NCBI GenBank assembly: GCA_029548865.1
Contig: JAKPMO010000004.1
Location: forward strand, 32,001 to 96,000
DNA length: 64,000 nucleotides
DNA from: Caldisericota bacterium
GTDB taxonomy: Bacteria > Caldisericota > Caldisericia > JAAYUI01
Reading direction: 5' to 3'
The notes below the pieces were generated by a model, which saw nothing but the letters and a program-made list of their open reading frames with translations, did no database searches and was not told the origin of the DNA. The first letter of the stretch is position 1, and each line of letters opens with the position of its first letter. The translations under genes were made by a program, and so were the position numbers. Shown piece after piece: positions 1 to 10,449 of this stretch.

Positions 1-948
1 TCAAGGTGGACAGGTATTCCAGTTTCATCGCTGACCGAATCCGAACAGCAAAAGCTCATCAAACTCGAGGAAAGACTCCATGAGAGGGTGATAGGCCAGG
101 ATGAAGCTGTAACTGCTGTTGCGCAGGCAGTGAGGCGCTCAAGGGCCGGGCTTTCTGATCCGAACAGGCCAATAGGATCATTCCTGTTTCTTGGCCCAAC
201 CGGTGTTGGAAAAACTGAGCTTGCCAAGAGTCTGGCAGAATTGCTTTTTGATTCCGATCAGGCTCTGACGAGGTTTGACATGTCGGAGTACATGGAGAAG
301 CACACTGTTGCAAGATTGATCGGTGCACCACCTGGATATGTCGGATTTGAGCAAGGTGGCCAGCTTACAGAGGCCGTAAGGCATAGGCCATATCAGGTGC
401 TGCTCTTTGATGAGGTCGAAAAGGCCCACCAGGACATTTTCAATGTTTTTTTGCAGCTCCTTGATGATGGAAGACTCACGGATGGCCAGGGTAGGACTGT
501 AGATTTCAGGAACTGCATCATCATAATGACAAGCAATCTTGGCAGCCAGATGGTTGAGCCGGACATGCCCTATGGCAAGATGAAGGAAGTTTACATGGAG
601 GCCGTGCGAAAGAACTTCAGGCCGGAATTTGTAAACAGACTGGATGGAATAATAGTATTCAAGCATCTGACCAGGGAAGAACTTGGAAAGATTGTTTCAA
701 TCCAGATTTCCAGGGTGCAGAAGATGCTTGACAAAAAGGGAATAAAACTTGATGTTACAAAGGAAGCGCAGGAGCTTTTGGGCGAGATTGGCTATTCGGT
801 TGAGTATGGTGCCAGGCCGCTCAAAAGAACAATACAGCAGGAACTGGAAAATAGGCTTGCCGATTTGATCTTGACAGGAAAGCTCAAAGATGGCAAAACC
901 GCTAGGGTTGAAGTTTCAGATGGTGCTCTTGCCATAAAGGAGATTTGA
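1..948 (+). CDS. clpB: ATP-dependent chaperone ClpB, C-terminal part (5' truncated by the window edge)
   Basis: Frame is open from base 1 ([11 protein letters not shown]...RVIGQDEAV). Second AAA+ module motifs [27 protein letters not shown] and GARPLKR are present. Confidence 0.93.
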   Translation, partial: SRWTGIPVSSLTESEQQKLIKLEERLHERVIGQDEAVTAVAQAVRRSRAGLSDPNRPIGSFLFLGPTGVGKTELAKSLAELLFDSDQALTRFDMSEYMEKHTVARLIGAPPGYVGFEQGGQLTEAVRHRPYQVLLFDEVEKAHQDIFNVFLQLLDDGRLTDGQGRTVDFRNCIIIMTSNLGSQMVEPDMPYGKMKEVYMEAVRKNFRPEFVNRLDGIIVFKHLTREELGKIVSIQISRVQKMLDKKGIKLDVTKEAQELLGEIGYSVEYGARPLKRTIQQELENRLADLILTGKLKDGKTARVEVSDGALAIKEI

Positions 949-969
949 AATCCCTAAAAAGGTGGGACG

Positions 970-1476
970 ATGGTAATACTCGACGAAAAAGGCAGACTTT
1001 TTGGAAAGCTGAACATCATTGACCTTCTGGTCCTGATCGTTCTACTGTATGGGCTCTATTGGGGTGGAACAAAGATTATCACGAAGTATTTTGTCCATCC
1101 AAAATTTGATTCCTACGTTGTTGTCTTGAGGGCTGAAAATGTCAATCCCGAGATAATTGAAGGAATACACATTGGTGACAAACTTGTCGAGCGCTCTGGA
1201 ACAGTCATAGGGGCCGTTATAAAACCGGAACCTGCCCTGAAAGATTCAATGGTGTATGTTCAAACCAGGGAAGGCCTTATAGTCGAGAGCGTCCAGCCCA
1301 AACTCAAGGACATGGACATAACTGTTGAAGTGAAAACCCCAGAGGGCACAAGAGTAAAGTACAACACAAACAACATGCTTGTTGGATCGAGACTTGAATA
1401 TGATTTTGTCTCGGAGGGAATGATGGGTATCCACGTAAAAGCCCTGTGTGTTTCAATAAACAAGGCTGGCAACTAG
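970..1476 (+). CDS. DUF4330-like membrane-anchored protein
   Basis: N-terminus ILDEKGRLFGKLNIIDLLV followed by a transmembrane helix resembles DUF4330 proteins of cell-wall polymer loci. Confidence 0.7.
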   Translation: MVILDEKGRLFGKLNIIDLLVLIVLLYGLYWGGTKIITKYFVHPKFDSYVVVLRAENVNPEIIEGIHIGDKLVERSGTVIGAVIKPEPALKDSMVYVQTREGLIVESVQPKLKDMDITVEVKTPEGTRVKYNTNNMLVGSRLEYDFVSEGMMGIHVKALCVSINKAGN

Positions 1477-1477
1477 C

Positions 1478-3040
1478 GTGAACACAAAAAAAGTAATCAA
1501 AGACATTGGGATTGTAACCGTTCTTCTTGGCCTCCGTTCTGTAGTGGGTTTCATAAGGGACGTTGTCATGGCGTCCAGGTTTGCCCTGGACTACACCATG
1601 GATGCCTTCAATATCGCATCCAAGGTTCCGCTTACGATTGCAAACCTCTTGGTTATGGGTGTTTTCACTGCAGTTTTTTTGCCCATCTTTACCAGATACA
1701 TAATTGAAAACAAAAAAGAAGAACTCAATAAGCTCGTCGGGATACTTTTTATTATTATCACCGTTGGTTTCACCGTGTTGATAATCCTTGCCGAGATTTT
1801 CGCAAGGCCTTTCATTATGTATGTCCTCACCAACAACGCAACTGCTGAAACTGTTGACGAGGCAATAGTGCTTTTCAGGCTCATGATGCCGGCTGTTCTT
1901 TTGATGGCCTGGTCTGGTCTTGCTTCTGGAATCCACAACTCCTTCCAGCGTTTTACAATGCCGGCAGTTGGAAACCTCCTTTTTAACATCTGGATGGTCC
2001 TTCCTGCCTGGATATTCCCACAATCCTGGGGTATAAGAGGATTTGCAGTTGGCGTGTGTATTGGTGCCCTGTTCCAGCTTCTTGTCCAATTGCCAGGGTT
2101 ATTTGGGAAACACATGAAGCTGGACATAAACTTCAACATGAGGCACCCAGCCCTTATGGGTATAGGGAGTCTTGTCATTCCAGTACTTTTGAGTTCTTCA
2201 ATCAATTATCTGGTGCCCTTCGTTGAAACCTTCCTGGCTTCTGGAATTGCAAATGGCGCTGTTTCGGCACTTGCTTATGCCTTCAGGATAAGCCAGCTAC
2301 CTCTTGGTATATTTGTGCTTGCAATTTCTTCGGTAGTTTATCCCCTCTTTGCAGAGGCCGTAGCAAAAAACAATCCGGAGGCGCTTAAATCCAATATCCA
2401 ATGGGGTTTAAAGCTGGTTGTGATGATAATCATTCCAGCTGGCTTCGGGTTACTCGCTCTTTCACACCCCATTGTCATGATGCTTTTTCAGCGAGGAAAA
2501 TTTGGCATTGTGGACACCGTGATGACTTCTGCTCCTCTGGCCTTTTATGGTCTTGCGATAATTCCTATGGCCATTGAAGCTGTACTTGTAAAAGTCTTTT
2601 ACTCCATAAGCGACACGAAGACGCCTGTAAAAATTTATTTGAGCAATCTCATAATGCTTGTGATACTTGACGTTGTATTTGTCAAAATGGGTCTTGGCGT
2701 TGTCGGGCTTGCGTTGGGTGCAACAATATGTGCTTTTGTAAGGATCTTGATGGTAGTTATCGCAATGCGGAAAAAGATTGGCATATTTGGCCTCTCTGGG
2801 CTCATGGTGTCAATTATCAAATCAACTGTGGCATCAATTGTAATGAGTATTGTGGCTTATTTGATTGCTATCAGGGCAAACTATGTTGTAAATCTTGGCT
2901 CCAATTTTGGCAGGAGTCTCCAGGTCGGATTTGCAATAGTTGTTGGGGTGGCAGTTTATGCTGTTGTTCTTTACATAATTGACCGCAAAGAGATAAATCA
3001 GATGCTGGTTGTTTTTAAAAGAAGGGGGCAATCTGCATGA
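1478..3040 (+). CDS. murJ: Lipid II flippase MurJ (MviN family)
   Basis: 520 aa polytopic membrane protein with GFIRDVVMA, DAFNIA, 'ALAYAFRISQLPLG' and 'FYSISDTKTP'; GTG start. Confidence 0.9.
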   Translation: MNTKKVIKDIGIVTVLLGLRSVVGFIRDVVMASRFALDYTMDAFNIASKVPLTIANLLVMGVFTAVFLPIFTRYIIENKKEELNKLVGILFIIITVGFTVLIILAEIFARPFIMYVLTNNATAETVDEAIVLFRLMMPAVLLMAWSGLASGIHNSFQRFTMPAVGNLLFNIWMVLPAWIFPQSWGIRGFAVGVCIGALFQLLVQLPGLFGKHMKLDINFNMRHPALMGIGSLVIPVLLSSSINYLVPFVETFLASGIANGAVSALAYAFRISQLPLGIFVLAISSVVYPLFAEAVAKNNPEALKSNIQWGLKLVVMIIIPAGFGLLALSHPIVMMLFQRGKFGIVDTVMTSAPLAFYGLAIIPMAIEAVLVKVFYSISDTKTPVKIYLSNLIMLVILDVVFVKMGLGVVGLALGATICAFVRILMVVIAMRKKIGIFGLSGLMVSIIKSTVASIVMSIVAYLIAIRANYVVNLGSNFGRSLQVGFAIVVGVAVYAVVLYIIDRKEINQMLVVFKRRGQSA

Positions 3041-4023
3041 GCAGTCCCATAAGAAAAAGAAAAAAAAGGAGTCCCTGTCTTCCATGGTTTCTCGGAATAT
3101 TTGCGGTGGGTTTTATATTGCTGTTCTTCGTTTTCAACTACTTCTATGGGCTGCTCGGCCAGTTTAATTCCAACCAGTTTGTTTCGGATCCTGGGCGTCC
3201 AGTGGCCAGCCTAAATTTTAGCAAGAGAGTAAACATCCTGATAATCGGTGTTGATGCGCCCTCACTCAAGGAATCTGCAAGGTCAGATGTTTTGATGGTT
3301 GCCTCTTACTACGCCAAAGAGAACAACCTGAAAATGCTCTCTGTTCCAAGAGACACAATGGTCAATCCACAAGGGCTTGGAGTATGCAAAATAAATGCTT
3401 GCAACAATCCGGCTTTTAATATCAAATTTGGTACCCCATTCCTCATTAAAGCAGTCGAAGAACTCCTTGGCATAAAGATTGATGCTTATGTAAAAACGAA
3501 TTTCAGAGGGTTTTCCGACATAATAGACAAGCTTGGCGGCATAGATCTCAATGTCGAGAAAGACATGCTCTATTACGATCCAATTGATAAATTCAAGATT
3601 GACCTGAAAAAGGGATACCAACACCTCAATGGAAGCATGGCGCTCCAGTATGTTAGGTATAGATCTGATCTTGCCGATTTTGTCCTCGTTGATGGGAAAC
3701 CAATGGGCAGGGTCGCCCGCCAGGCAAACTTTATGAAGGCAATCCTTAAAGAGGCCTCTTCACCAAAGAACTGGTTCAAGCTTGGCCAAGTCATGCAGGC
3801 CGCCACTGATGCAATTGAGACTGATCTTACCCCGTCCATGATGATAAGGCTGGCAACAAAAATGAAAGATGTTGGGCCTGATGGAATCAAGGTTTTGGGT
3901 TTTCCGGGTACAGACCAGTACGTCAACAAAATAAGCTATGTCATCCCAAATAAGGTGGAGATTGAAAAACTTGTTTCAGAAAATTTCCTTGCAGGCTCTG
4001 ATCCAATCAAGCCAAACCCGTAA
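3037..4023 (+). CDS. LCP (LytR-CpsA-Psr) family glycopolymer transferase
   Basis: Single N-terminal TM helix; motifs NILIIGVD, RSDVLMV, SVPRDT, KINA, YVRYR and RQANF. Confidence 0.92.
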   Translation: MSSPIRKRKKRSPCLPWFLGIFAVGFILLFFVFNYFYGLLGQFNSNQFVSDPGRPVASLNFSKRVNILIIGVDAPSLKESARSDVLMVASYYAKENNLKMLSVPRDTMVNPQGLGVCKINACNNPAFNIKFGTPFLIKAVEELLGIKIDAYVKTNFRGFSDIIDKLGGIDLNVEKDMLYYDPIDKFKIDLKKGYQHLNGSMALQYVRYRSDLADFVLVDGKPMGRVARQANFMKAILKEASSPKNWFKLGQVMQAATDAIETDLTPSMMIRLATKMKDVGPDGIKVLGFPGTDQYVNKISYVIPNKVEIEKLVSENFLAGSDPIKPNP

Positions 4024-4060
4024 TTGTCTTTGTATAATTTGTGGTTTCTGGGAGAAATCT

Positions 4061-4531
4061 GTTACCAGAAAGGTTTTTGATGCCCTTGTCGGGTTTTTTG
4101 ACAGACTTGGCTCGGGGTCATTGTTTATTTTCTGGATAACGGGAAGGGGACTTTCGCTCAGGCCGATCACACAAAATAAGAGTTTTTTTAGCCAAAAACT
4201 TGAGATTTCGTGGGAAGGTTTTTTGAAAAATCTCTCCAAGACGAACAAAGAAGATTCATCTCTTGCAAAATCCAGATACATTCCAGTTCTTCTGGCTGTC
4301 CGTTTGGTGTTTGTCGAGAGGCCGCTCTGGGTAATTGGTTGGCTCGGATCTGCTTTTTTCTCTGTATATGGCATTTTCAGACTTGTCGTTGTCGGTATCT
4401 CTCTTAGAGGTTTGTTGCTGGTTTTTGGCATGTTCTGTCTGTCGATTTTGCTCACCATGACGAAAGGCACCCTGAAAGACATGATCGAAACAAGCTGGAT
4501 CATAAAATGGGTGGACTCTCTTGATGAATAA
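4061..4531 (+). CDS. Hypothetical membrane protein (start uncertain)
   Basis: Open frame (3938..4531 in the ORF track) fills the gap between the LCP and ligase genes, has about three hydrophobic segments, and its stop overlaps the next start. Candidate starts are ATG 3938, GTT 4061 after GGAG, or TTG 4121. Confidence 0.55.
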   Translation, partial: VTRKVFDALVGFFDRLGSGSLFIFWITGRGLSLRPITQNKSFFSQKLEISWEGFLKNLSKTNKEDSSLAKSRYIPVLLAVRLVFVERPLWVIGWLGSAFFSVYGIFRLVVVGISLRGLLLVFGMFCLSILLTMTKGTLKDMIETSWIIKWVDSLDE

Positions 4532-5882
4532 CAACAAAATAAACTTACCAATCGTATTGATTGCCCTTGGCGTGCTGTTTGCTGTTATTGCCATCTTTGG
4601 GAACGTCCCGATCATTTTTGTTTTTGTTGCACTTGTGACCCTTGGGCTGGCGGTTTTTTTCAGGCCGGAGATTGGTATTGCGGCGCTCTCTTTTTCTGCG
4701 GTGGCAGATGGCCTTGTCAGAACATACGCGGGTGGAGTTGGCTCATACTGGGACGATGCCCTGTACGCCCTGATCGTTGTCGCTGTTATATGGAAGCTGG
4801 CAAAAGAAGGCCAACTCAAGATTAAATCGGGCATTGTCTGGTGGGCAGTGGCAACTTTTTTTGCCATGTCCGTGATTTCCGGATTGCTCTCCGGCCTTCC
4901 ATATGGACATATCCTGACTGCCATAAGGTCAGTGCTGCAAGGATCGATAATCTTCTTTGTTATAATCAATGCCAATTTTGATAGAAAGGTTATCCTTCAT
5001 GTTGCTTCGCTGATGATACTCTGTGCTGTGGTGGTGGCCGGATATGGGCTCTTGCAGAGGGCATCTGGAGCTTTTACCCCGCAGGGCTGGCTTGACAAGA
5101 AAGAAGCGGTCAACATTACCAGGGCAACCAGCTTCCTTGGAAGTCCAAATGCAACTGCTGGTTTCCTGGCGCTTGTGCTTCCAATGTCGATAGGGATGGC
5201 CCTCAAAATCAAAAAAATGCTCCCCAAAATAATTTATTTTGCCCTTGCGGCCATAATCTTTTTTGGGCTCTATGCAACTCTCAACAGAGCTGCCTGGATA
5301 GGACTTGGCATTGGTCTGTGTGTCTTCGCCATTGCTTCCAATAAAAGATGGTGGATCGGAATATTCATGATCTTGCTTGCCTCGGCCATCCTGCTTTTGC
5401 CAGATTTGAGATTGCGTTTCTCGACCATCTTTTCTGATGAGTTTGCCGTAAGAGACGCTTCCCTTGGCAGAACATTCAGATGGGACACGGCCCTCCAGAT
5501 TTTCTCCGAGCACCCGTTCTTTGGTATTGGCCCAGGCGGGTTTGGTGGAGCGGTGGCCTATGGAATCCAGGCTTTTGGTGGACTATATGTAGATAACTAC
5601 TACCTTCTAATATTGTCGAACTATGGCCTTTTCGGAATTGCATCGTTCCTGTTTCTCCTTGTATCATCGATAAGGGACGCTTTCAGAGGCCTGAGGGTCG
5701 CGCTTGAAAAAGACAGGTATCTCGTTGCTGGAATAATCGGTGGAATGGTGGCTTTTTGTGTCCACTTGCTCTTTGAAAACCTGTGGGACATCACTCCGCT
5801 CAACATATCTTTTTGGGTAATGGCGGGTTTGGCCGCCAGCTTTGCATACAAAGAAAGGAGGAATGAGAATGAGGATTCGTGA
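4524..5882 (+). CDS. O-antigen ligase / Wzy-like family membrane protein
   Basis: Multi-TM protein with RATSFLGSPN, TLNRAAWIG, HPFFGIGPGGF and DNYYLLIL. Confidence 0.85.
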   Translation: MNNNKINLPIVLIALGVLFAVIAIFGNVPIIFVFVALVTLGLAVFFRPEIGIAALSFSAVADGLVRTYAGGVGSYWDDALYALIVVAVIWKLAKEGQLKIKSGIVWWAVATFFAMSVISGLLSGLPYGHILTAIRSVLQGSIIFFVIINANFDRKVILHVASLMILCAVVVAGYGLLQRASGAFTPQGWLDKKEAVNITRATSFLGSPNATAGFLALVLPMSIGMALKIKKMLPKIIYFALAAIIFFGLYATLNRAAWIGLGIGLCVFAIASNKRWWIGIFMILLASAILLLPDLRLRFSTIFSDEFAVRDASLGRTFRWDTALQIFSEHPFFGIGPGGFGGAVAYGIQAFGGLYVDNYYLLILSNYGLFGIASFLFLLVSSIRDAFRGLRVALEKDRYLVAGIIGGMVAFCVHLLFENLWDITPLNISFWVMAGLAASFAYKERRNENEDS

Positions 5883-6258
5883 CCTGATGGAAGACGAGGT
5901 GCTTTTCGTTTACAGCACCACAAGCATTGGCCAGATGCTGGAAACAATCATAAAAAGAAGAATCAACGGGCTCCCGGTAGTAGACCAGGACATGCATGTG
6001 GTCGGAATGCTTACCGAGGGAGACATCATTTCCAGATCAGAGATGTTCTCAAGAGAGTTTGATCCAATGCAACTTACAAACATGAATGTCACCACGCTCA
6101 TGACAAAAAATCCCATCACCATTCATCCAGACGCAGAATTGTCCCAGGCCGTTGCCATTTTTTCGGCCACAAAAATAAAGCAGTTGCCGGTCATCTCAGA
6201 CGGCAAGCTTGTTGGAATCCTGTCCAGAAAGGACATAATAAAGGGAATGCTTAAATGA
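5869..6258 (+). CDS. CBS domain pair protein
   Basis: Two CBS repeats (GLPVVD..VVGMLTEGD; QLPVIS..LVGILSRKD). SD AAGGAGG lies 7 nt before ATG 5869. Confidence 0.88.
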   Translation: MRIRDLMEDEVLFVYSTTSIGQMLETIIKRRINGLPVVDQDMHVVGMLTEGDIISRSEMFSREFDPMQLTNMNVTTLMTKNPITIHPDAELSQAVAIFSATKIKQLPVISDGKLVGILSRKDIIKGMLK

Positions 6259-7100
6259 CGATTGAAGCTATAATCCTGGCTCTCAAGGGCTACTGGAAGG
6301 AAAAAGGGTGCCTCATCGGTGAACCCTTTGACATGGAAGTGGGCGCTGGGACAATGGTGCCATACAGCTTTTTTGGCGTCCTTGGGCCAAGGCCGTGGAA
6401 AGTCGCCTATATCCAGCCTTCCAGAAGACCTGCTGATGGCAGGTATGGTGACAGCCCCTACAGATTCTACATCCACCACCAGTTCCAGGTAATACTGAAG
6501 CCACCTCCAGCAGATGTGCAGGACATATACCTTGAGAGCCTGAAAGTTCTTGGAATTGATTATGAAAAGCATGATATGCGCTTCATCGAGGACAACTGGG
6601 AATCTCCAACCCTTGGTGCCGCAGGTGTCGGCTGGGAAGTCTGGATGGATGGGCAGGAAGTGACCCAGTTCACATACTTCCAGCAGGCCGGTGGTTGCGA
6701 GCTCAATCCGCCATCTGTGGAGCTGACCTACGGAATTGAGAGACTTGCCATGTACTCTGAGCGCAAAGACAACGGTTTTGAACTTGGCTGGAATGAAAAT
6801 GTCACATATGGTGATCTCAGAAAGAGGGCCGAATACGAACTTTGCAAGTATGGTTTTGAGCTGGCCGATGTTGAATCCTTAAGGACCATGTTTGGGATAT
6901 GTGAGAAAGAGTCGAGTAGGTGCATCGAGGCCCAGCTTTACATGCCTGCCTATGAGTATGCACTCAAGTGTTCCCACCTATTTAACCTTCTAGATGCAAG
7001 AGGGGCCGTGTCTGTTTCGGAAAGAGCGCTTATTATTGCTCGCATCAGAGACTTGACCCGAAAATGCGCGATGTTATACCAAGAGGTCGGGAATGCGTAG
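6255..7100 (+). CDS. glyQ: Glycine--tRNA ligase alpha subunit
   Basis: EVGAGT, QPSRRPADGRYG, EDNWESPTLGA, TQFTYFQQ and ELTYGIERLAM. Confidence 0.97.
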   Translation: MTIEAIILALKGYWKEKGCLIGEPFDMEVGAGTMVPYSFFGVLGPRPWKVAYIQPSRRPADGRYGDSPYRFYIHHQFQVILKPPPADVQDIYLESLKVLGIDYEKHDMRFIEDNWESPTLGAAGVGWEVWMDGQEVTQFTYFQQAGGCELNPPSVELTYGIERLAMYSERKDNGFELGWNENVTYGDLRKRAEYELCKYGFELADVESLRTMFGICEKESSRCIEAQLYMPAYEYALKCSHLFNLLDARGAVSVSERALIIARIRDLTRKCAMLYQEVGNA

Positions 7101-9129
7101 CCTCCTAATCGAGATCGGTTGCGAAGAATTACCCTCCAGGCTGGTAAAACCAGCCATTATTTATCTTATGGAGGGAATGTGTGGGGCTTTGAAGGAAGCC
7201 GAGCTTTCCTTTTCCAGCCCAAAGACATTTGCCACCCCAAGAAGACTTGCGCTCCTTTTTGACAGTGTGCAGGAGTCTGGCCCATCTAAAACCGTTGAAG
7301 AGAAGGGGCCACCGAAATCGGCCTGCTTTGACAAAGATGGAAATCCTACAAAGGCCCTTCAAGGGTTTGCTGTAAAAGTCGGGATTGAACCTAAGGATGT
7401 GGTTTTTGGTGAGATCAGTGGCGGTGTTTATGCGACTGCCAAAAAAATTGTTCCGGGAAAAACCATCGAAGAAGTTGTCTCATCTTCGCTTTCCAAAGTG
7501 GTGCTGTCATTCCCACACCCGCATTCGATGCGCTGGGATGAAACAGGTATTTCCTGGGTAAGACCGATCCGGTGGATTGTTGCAATGTCCGATGACGTTG
7601 TGATTGATGTCTCCATTGGCAATGCCAAATCATCAAATTTTACCATGTCGCCAAGGCCGGAACGTTCAAGAAAAGTCGAGATAGCGACTGCATCAAAATA
7701 TCCTGAAGTGCTTTCCTCCATGGGTGTGGTGGGCAATCTGGAAGAACGCTCCGAACATATTTTTGAGAAAGCACAAAAACTTGCCTCTTCATTGGGAATG
7801 GAAGCATTGAAGAACAAGGATCTTCTTGATGAGCTTGCCAGCATTGTTGAAAGACCTCTTGTGTGGCAGGGGGAATTCCCATTTGATTATCTTGAGTCAG
7901 CACCAGAGCTGGTCATCAAAACCGTTCTTATGGGAGACCTCAGGTTTATCCCATTTACAAAAGACGGCAAACTAACAAACAATTTTGCATTTGTAATCAA
8001 TGGACCTGCGCAGATAGCACAGACTGTCCTTGAGGGTGAGTTGAAAGTTCTCCTGGGAAGACTATCTGATGCGAGGTTCTTCTTTGCTGAAGACAGAAAG
8101 AAAAAGCTGGTCGATTTTGCAGGCAAATTGTCTGGAGTCGCTTTCCTTAAAGGTCTTGGCACGCTTCGTGACAAAACAGAGAGGCTTGTTGAACTCTCAA
8201 AAATGGTCCAGCTTGGTGTTGATAAAAACAAGCTGGAAAAAGCATCCTCGCTTGCCAAGGCCGATCTTGCCTCTTCAATGGTCCATGAGCATGATGACCT
8301 CCAGGGCAGGATTGGTGGATTGTATGCCGAACTTGACGGGGAAGACGGGGAAGTGGCTCTGGCGATATCCGAACATTACCTGCCAGCAGGCGAGGACGAT
8401 CCCGTACCATCATCTGCTCTTGGGCAGGCCCTTTCGCTTGTCGACAAGGCCGATTCACTTGTAAATATTGCTGCTTCTGGCAATATGCCGAAGGGTTCAG
8501 CAGATCCGTTTGGAGTGAGGCGTTTTGCCATCGGAATAATAAGAGTCCTTGTGGAAGGATCGCTCTCTGTGAATTTGACCGATCTGCTTGTTTCATGCAG
8601 CAAGCTTGGATTCAAGCGGAGTGACGATGCTGTCCAGAAATCTGTTGATTTCATAAAGGCAAGACTTGAGAATTACCTGAGGTCGAAGGGATACCGTTAT
8701 GATGTTGTCAGGGCGGCGATTTCTCCAGGGATTGAACAATTGAAAGAAGTCATGGGCAGGGCCGATGCAATGCAGGCAATATATGAGTCAAAAGAATTTG
8801 CCGGCATAGTTGCTACTGCAAAAAGACTCAACAATATCCTCAGGGATTATGCTCCAACTGGAAACTATGACACAGCACTTTTCGAAGATGATGTCGAGAG
8901 GGAATTTGAAGTTTCCTGTAAAAACGTGTTCAAATCTGTCGCCTCTAGCAATGATTTTGCAGAAAAATTGAGACTGCTTTGCAATCTCACTGATCCTGCA
9001 GAAAAATACTTTGATACAGTTATGGTCAATGCTGAAGATGAGAAGATAAAAGCAAACAGAAAGAACTTTCTTTCAGGTTTGCTTCAAAAATATAGAGAGG
9101 TCTCGGATTTTGTCGAGATAGCAATCTAG
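7093..9129 (+). CDS. glyS: Glycine--tRNA ligase beta subunit
   Basis: LIEIGCEELP, TPRRL, WVRPIRW, KADL and GSADPFGVRR; directly follows glyQ. Confidence 0.95.
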   Translation: MRSLLIEIGCEELPSRLVKPAIIYLMEGMCGALKEAELSFSSPKTFATPRRLALLFDSVQESGPSKTVEEKGPPKSACFDKDGNPTKALQGFAVKVGIEPKDVVFGEISGGVYATAKKIVPGKTIEEVVSSSLSKVVLSFPHPHSMRWDETGISWVRPIRWIVAMSDDVVIDVSIGNAKSSNFTMSPRPERSRKVEIATASKYPEVLSSMGVVGNLEERSEHIFEKAQKLASSLGMEALKNKDLLDELASIVERPLVWQGEFPFDYLESAPELVIKTVLMGDLRFIPFTKDGKLTNNFAFVINGPAQIAQTVLEGELKVLLGRLSDARFFFAEDRKKKLVDFAGKLSGVAFLKGLGTLRDKTERLVELSKMVQLGVDKNKLEKASSLAKADLASSMVHEHDDLQGRIGGLYAELDGEDGEVALAISEHYLPAGEDDPVPSSALGQALSLVDKADSLVNIAASGNMPKGSADPFGVRRFAIGIIRVLVEGSLSVNLTDLLVSCSKLGFKRSDDAVQKSVDFIKARLENYLRSKGYRYDVVRAAISPGIEQLKEVMGRADAMQAIYESKEFAGIVATAKRLNNILRDYAPTGNYDTALFEDDVEREFEVSCKNVFKSVASSNDFAEKLRLLCNLTDPAEKYFDTVMVNAEDEKIKANRKNFLSGLLQKYREVSDFVEIAI

Positions 9130-9137
9130 GGTGTCAA

Positions 9138-9338
9138 ATGAAAAAATTCAAGGTTGAGCTTTTCAGGAAAATGTGCAAGTCGTGTCAGCTTTGCATGTTC
9201 ATTTGCCCAAAGGAAGTTTTTGGTGTGAATGAGAGAGGGCAGGTTGTTGTGTTAAACGACGAGCCGTGCATCGGGTGTTTGCAGTGTTATAATATTTGCC
9301 CCGATTTCGCACTGGAGGTGACCAAAAATGGCGATTGA
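9138..9338 (+). CDS. 2x[4Fe-4S] ferredoxin, delta subunit of 2-oxoacid:ferredoxin oxidoreductase
   Basis: Two CxxCxxCxxxCP motifs (CKSCQLCMFICP; CIGCLQCYNICP); first gene of the OFOR cluster. Confidence 0.9.
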   Translation: MKKFKVELFRKMCKSCQLCMFICPKEVFGVNERGQVVVLNDEPCIGCLQCYNICPDFALEVTKNGD

Positions 9339-10449
9339 ATCATATCTTTGGCAAGGGTCTCATGCTGTAGCCCAGGGCGCCCTGAAGGCCGGGGTCAATT
9401 ATTTTGCCGGATACCCAATAACTCCTTCAACTGAAGTAGCTGAATTCATGGCTTATGCCCTGCCATCAAGAGATGGAATTTTTATTCAGATGGAAGACGA
9501 GATTGCATCGATTGCATCGCTCATAGGTGCTTCACTTGCTGGTGCGAAAGCCATAACGGCAACATCAGGGCCAGGATTCTCTTTAATGCAGGAAGGCCTT
9601 GGGTATGCCATAATGGCGGAAGTTCCACTTGTAATTGTTGATGTAATGAGGGGTGGTCCATCAACAGGCCTTCCCACTAAGCCAACCCAAGCCGATGTAA
9701 TGCAGGCAAAATGGGGCACACATGGTGACCATCCAATAATTGCGCTCTGTCCAGCATCGGTCAAGGAATCTTATTACCTCATGGTGAAAGCAGTCAATCT
9801 CTCTGAAAGGTTCAGAACGCCAGTCATTTTCCTGACCGATGAAACCATTGCCCATATGAGGGAGAGGGTCCAGATTGATGTTGATGAAAAGCTCTATGTT
9901 GAACCACGCGTAGAGCCAAAAGATCCAAGAAGCTACAAAACATTCCAGCCTGACGAAAGATTGGTGCCTCACCAGGCTAAATTTGGAACTGGTTTCAGGA
10001 CGGTTGTCACAGCACTTTATCATGATGAGTCCGGTTTCCAGAATACCTCTGCCGAAGTTGCAGAAAGGTTCAACAAGAGGCTGGTGGACAAGGTCGAAAA
10101 ATATATTGACGAGTTTTATGAAACAGAAGAGTATAACCTCGAAAACTCGGAGCTTGTCTTTGTTTCCTACGGTGCCTCTCACAGGACCGTTCTTCAGGTG
10201 CTAAACGATTCAAAGAACCCAAAATGGGGCTTTTTAAGGCTTGTTACAATATGGCCTTTCCATGACAAGCTCGTCAAGGAAAAACTGAAAAAAGCCAAAG
10301 TTATTGTTGTTCCAGAGCTGAACATGGGTCAGATGGTCAGAGAGATCCAGAGGCTTTTTGGCGACACAAAGAAAATTGTTTCCGTCAACAGATGGGACGG
10401 CGAACTGATAACGCCAGACCAGCTTAGAAAGGTGGCTGAGCAGGCATGA
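9328..10449 (+). CDS. 2-oxoacid:ferredoxin oxidoreductase alpha subunit (KorA-like)
   Basis: AGYPITPSTE, QMEDEIAS, TATSGPGFSLMQE and RGGPSTGLPT. Confidence 0.92.
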   Translation: MAIESYLWQGSHAVAQGALKAGVNYFAGYPITPSTEVAEFMAYALPSRDGIFIQMEDEIASIASLIGASLAGAKAITATSGPGFSLMQEGLGYAIMAEVPLVIVDVMRGGPSTGLPTKPTQADVMQAKWGTHGDHPIIALCPASVKESYYLMVKAVNLSERFRTPVIFLTDETIAHMRERVQIDVDEKLYVEPRVEPKDPRSYKTFQPDERLVPHQAKFGTGFRTVVTALYHDESGFQNTSAEVAERFNKRLVDKVEKYIDEFYETEEYNLENSELVFVSYGASHRTVLQVLNDSKNPKWGFLRLVTIWPFHDKLVKEKLKKAKVIVVPELNMGQMVREIQRLFGDTKKIVSVNRWDGELITPDQLRKVAEQA

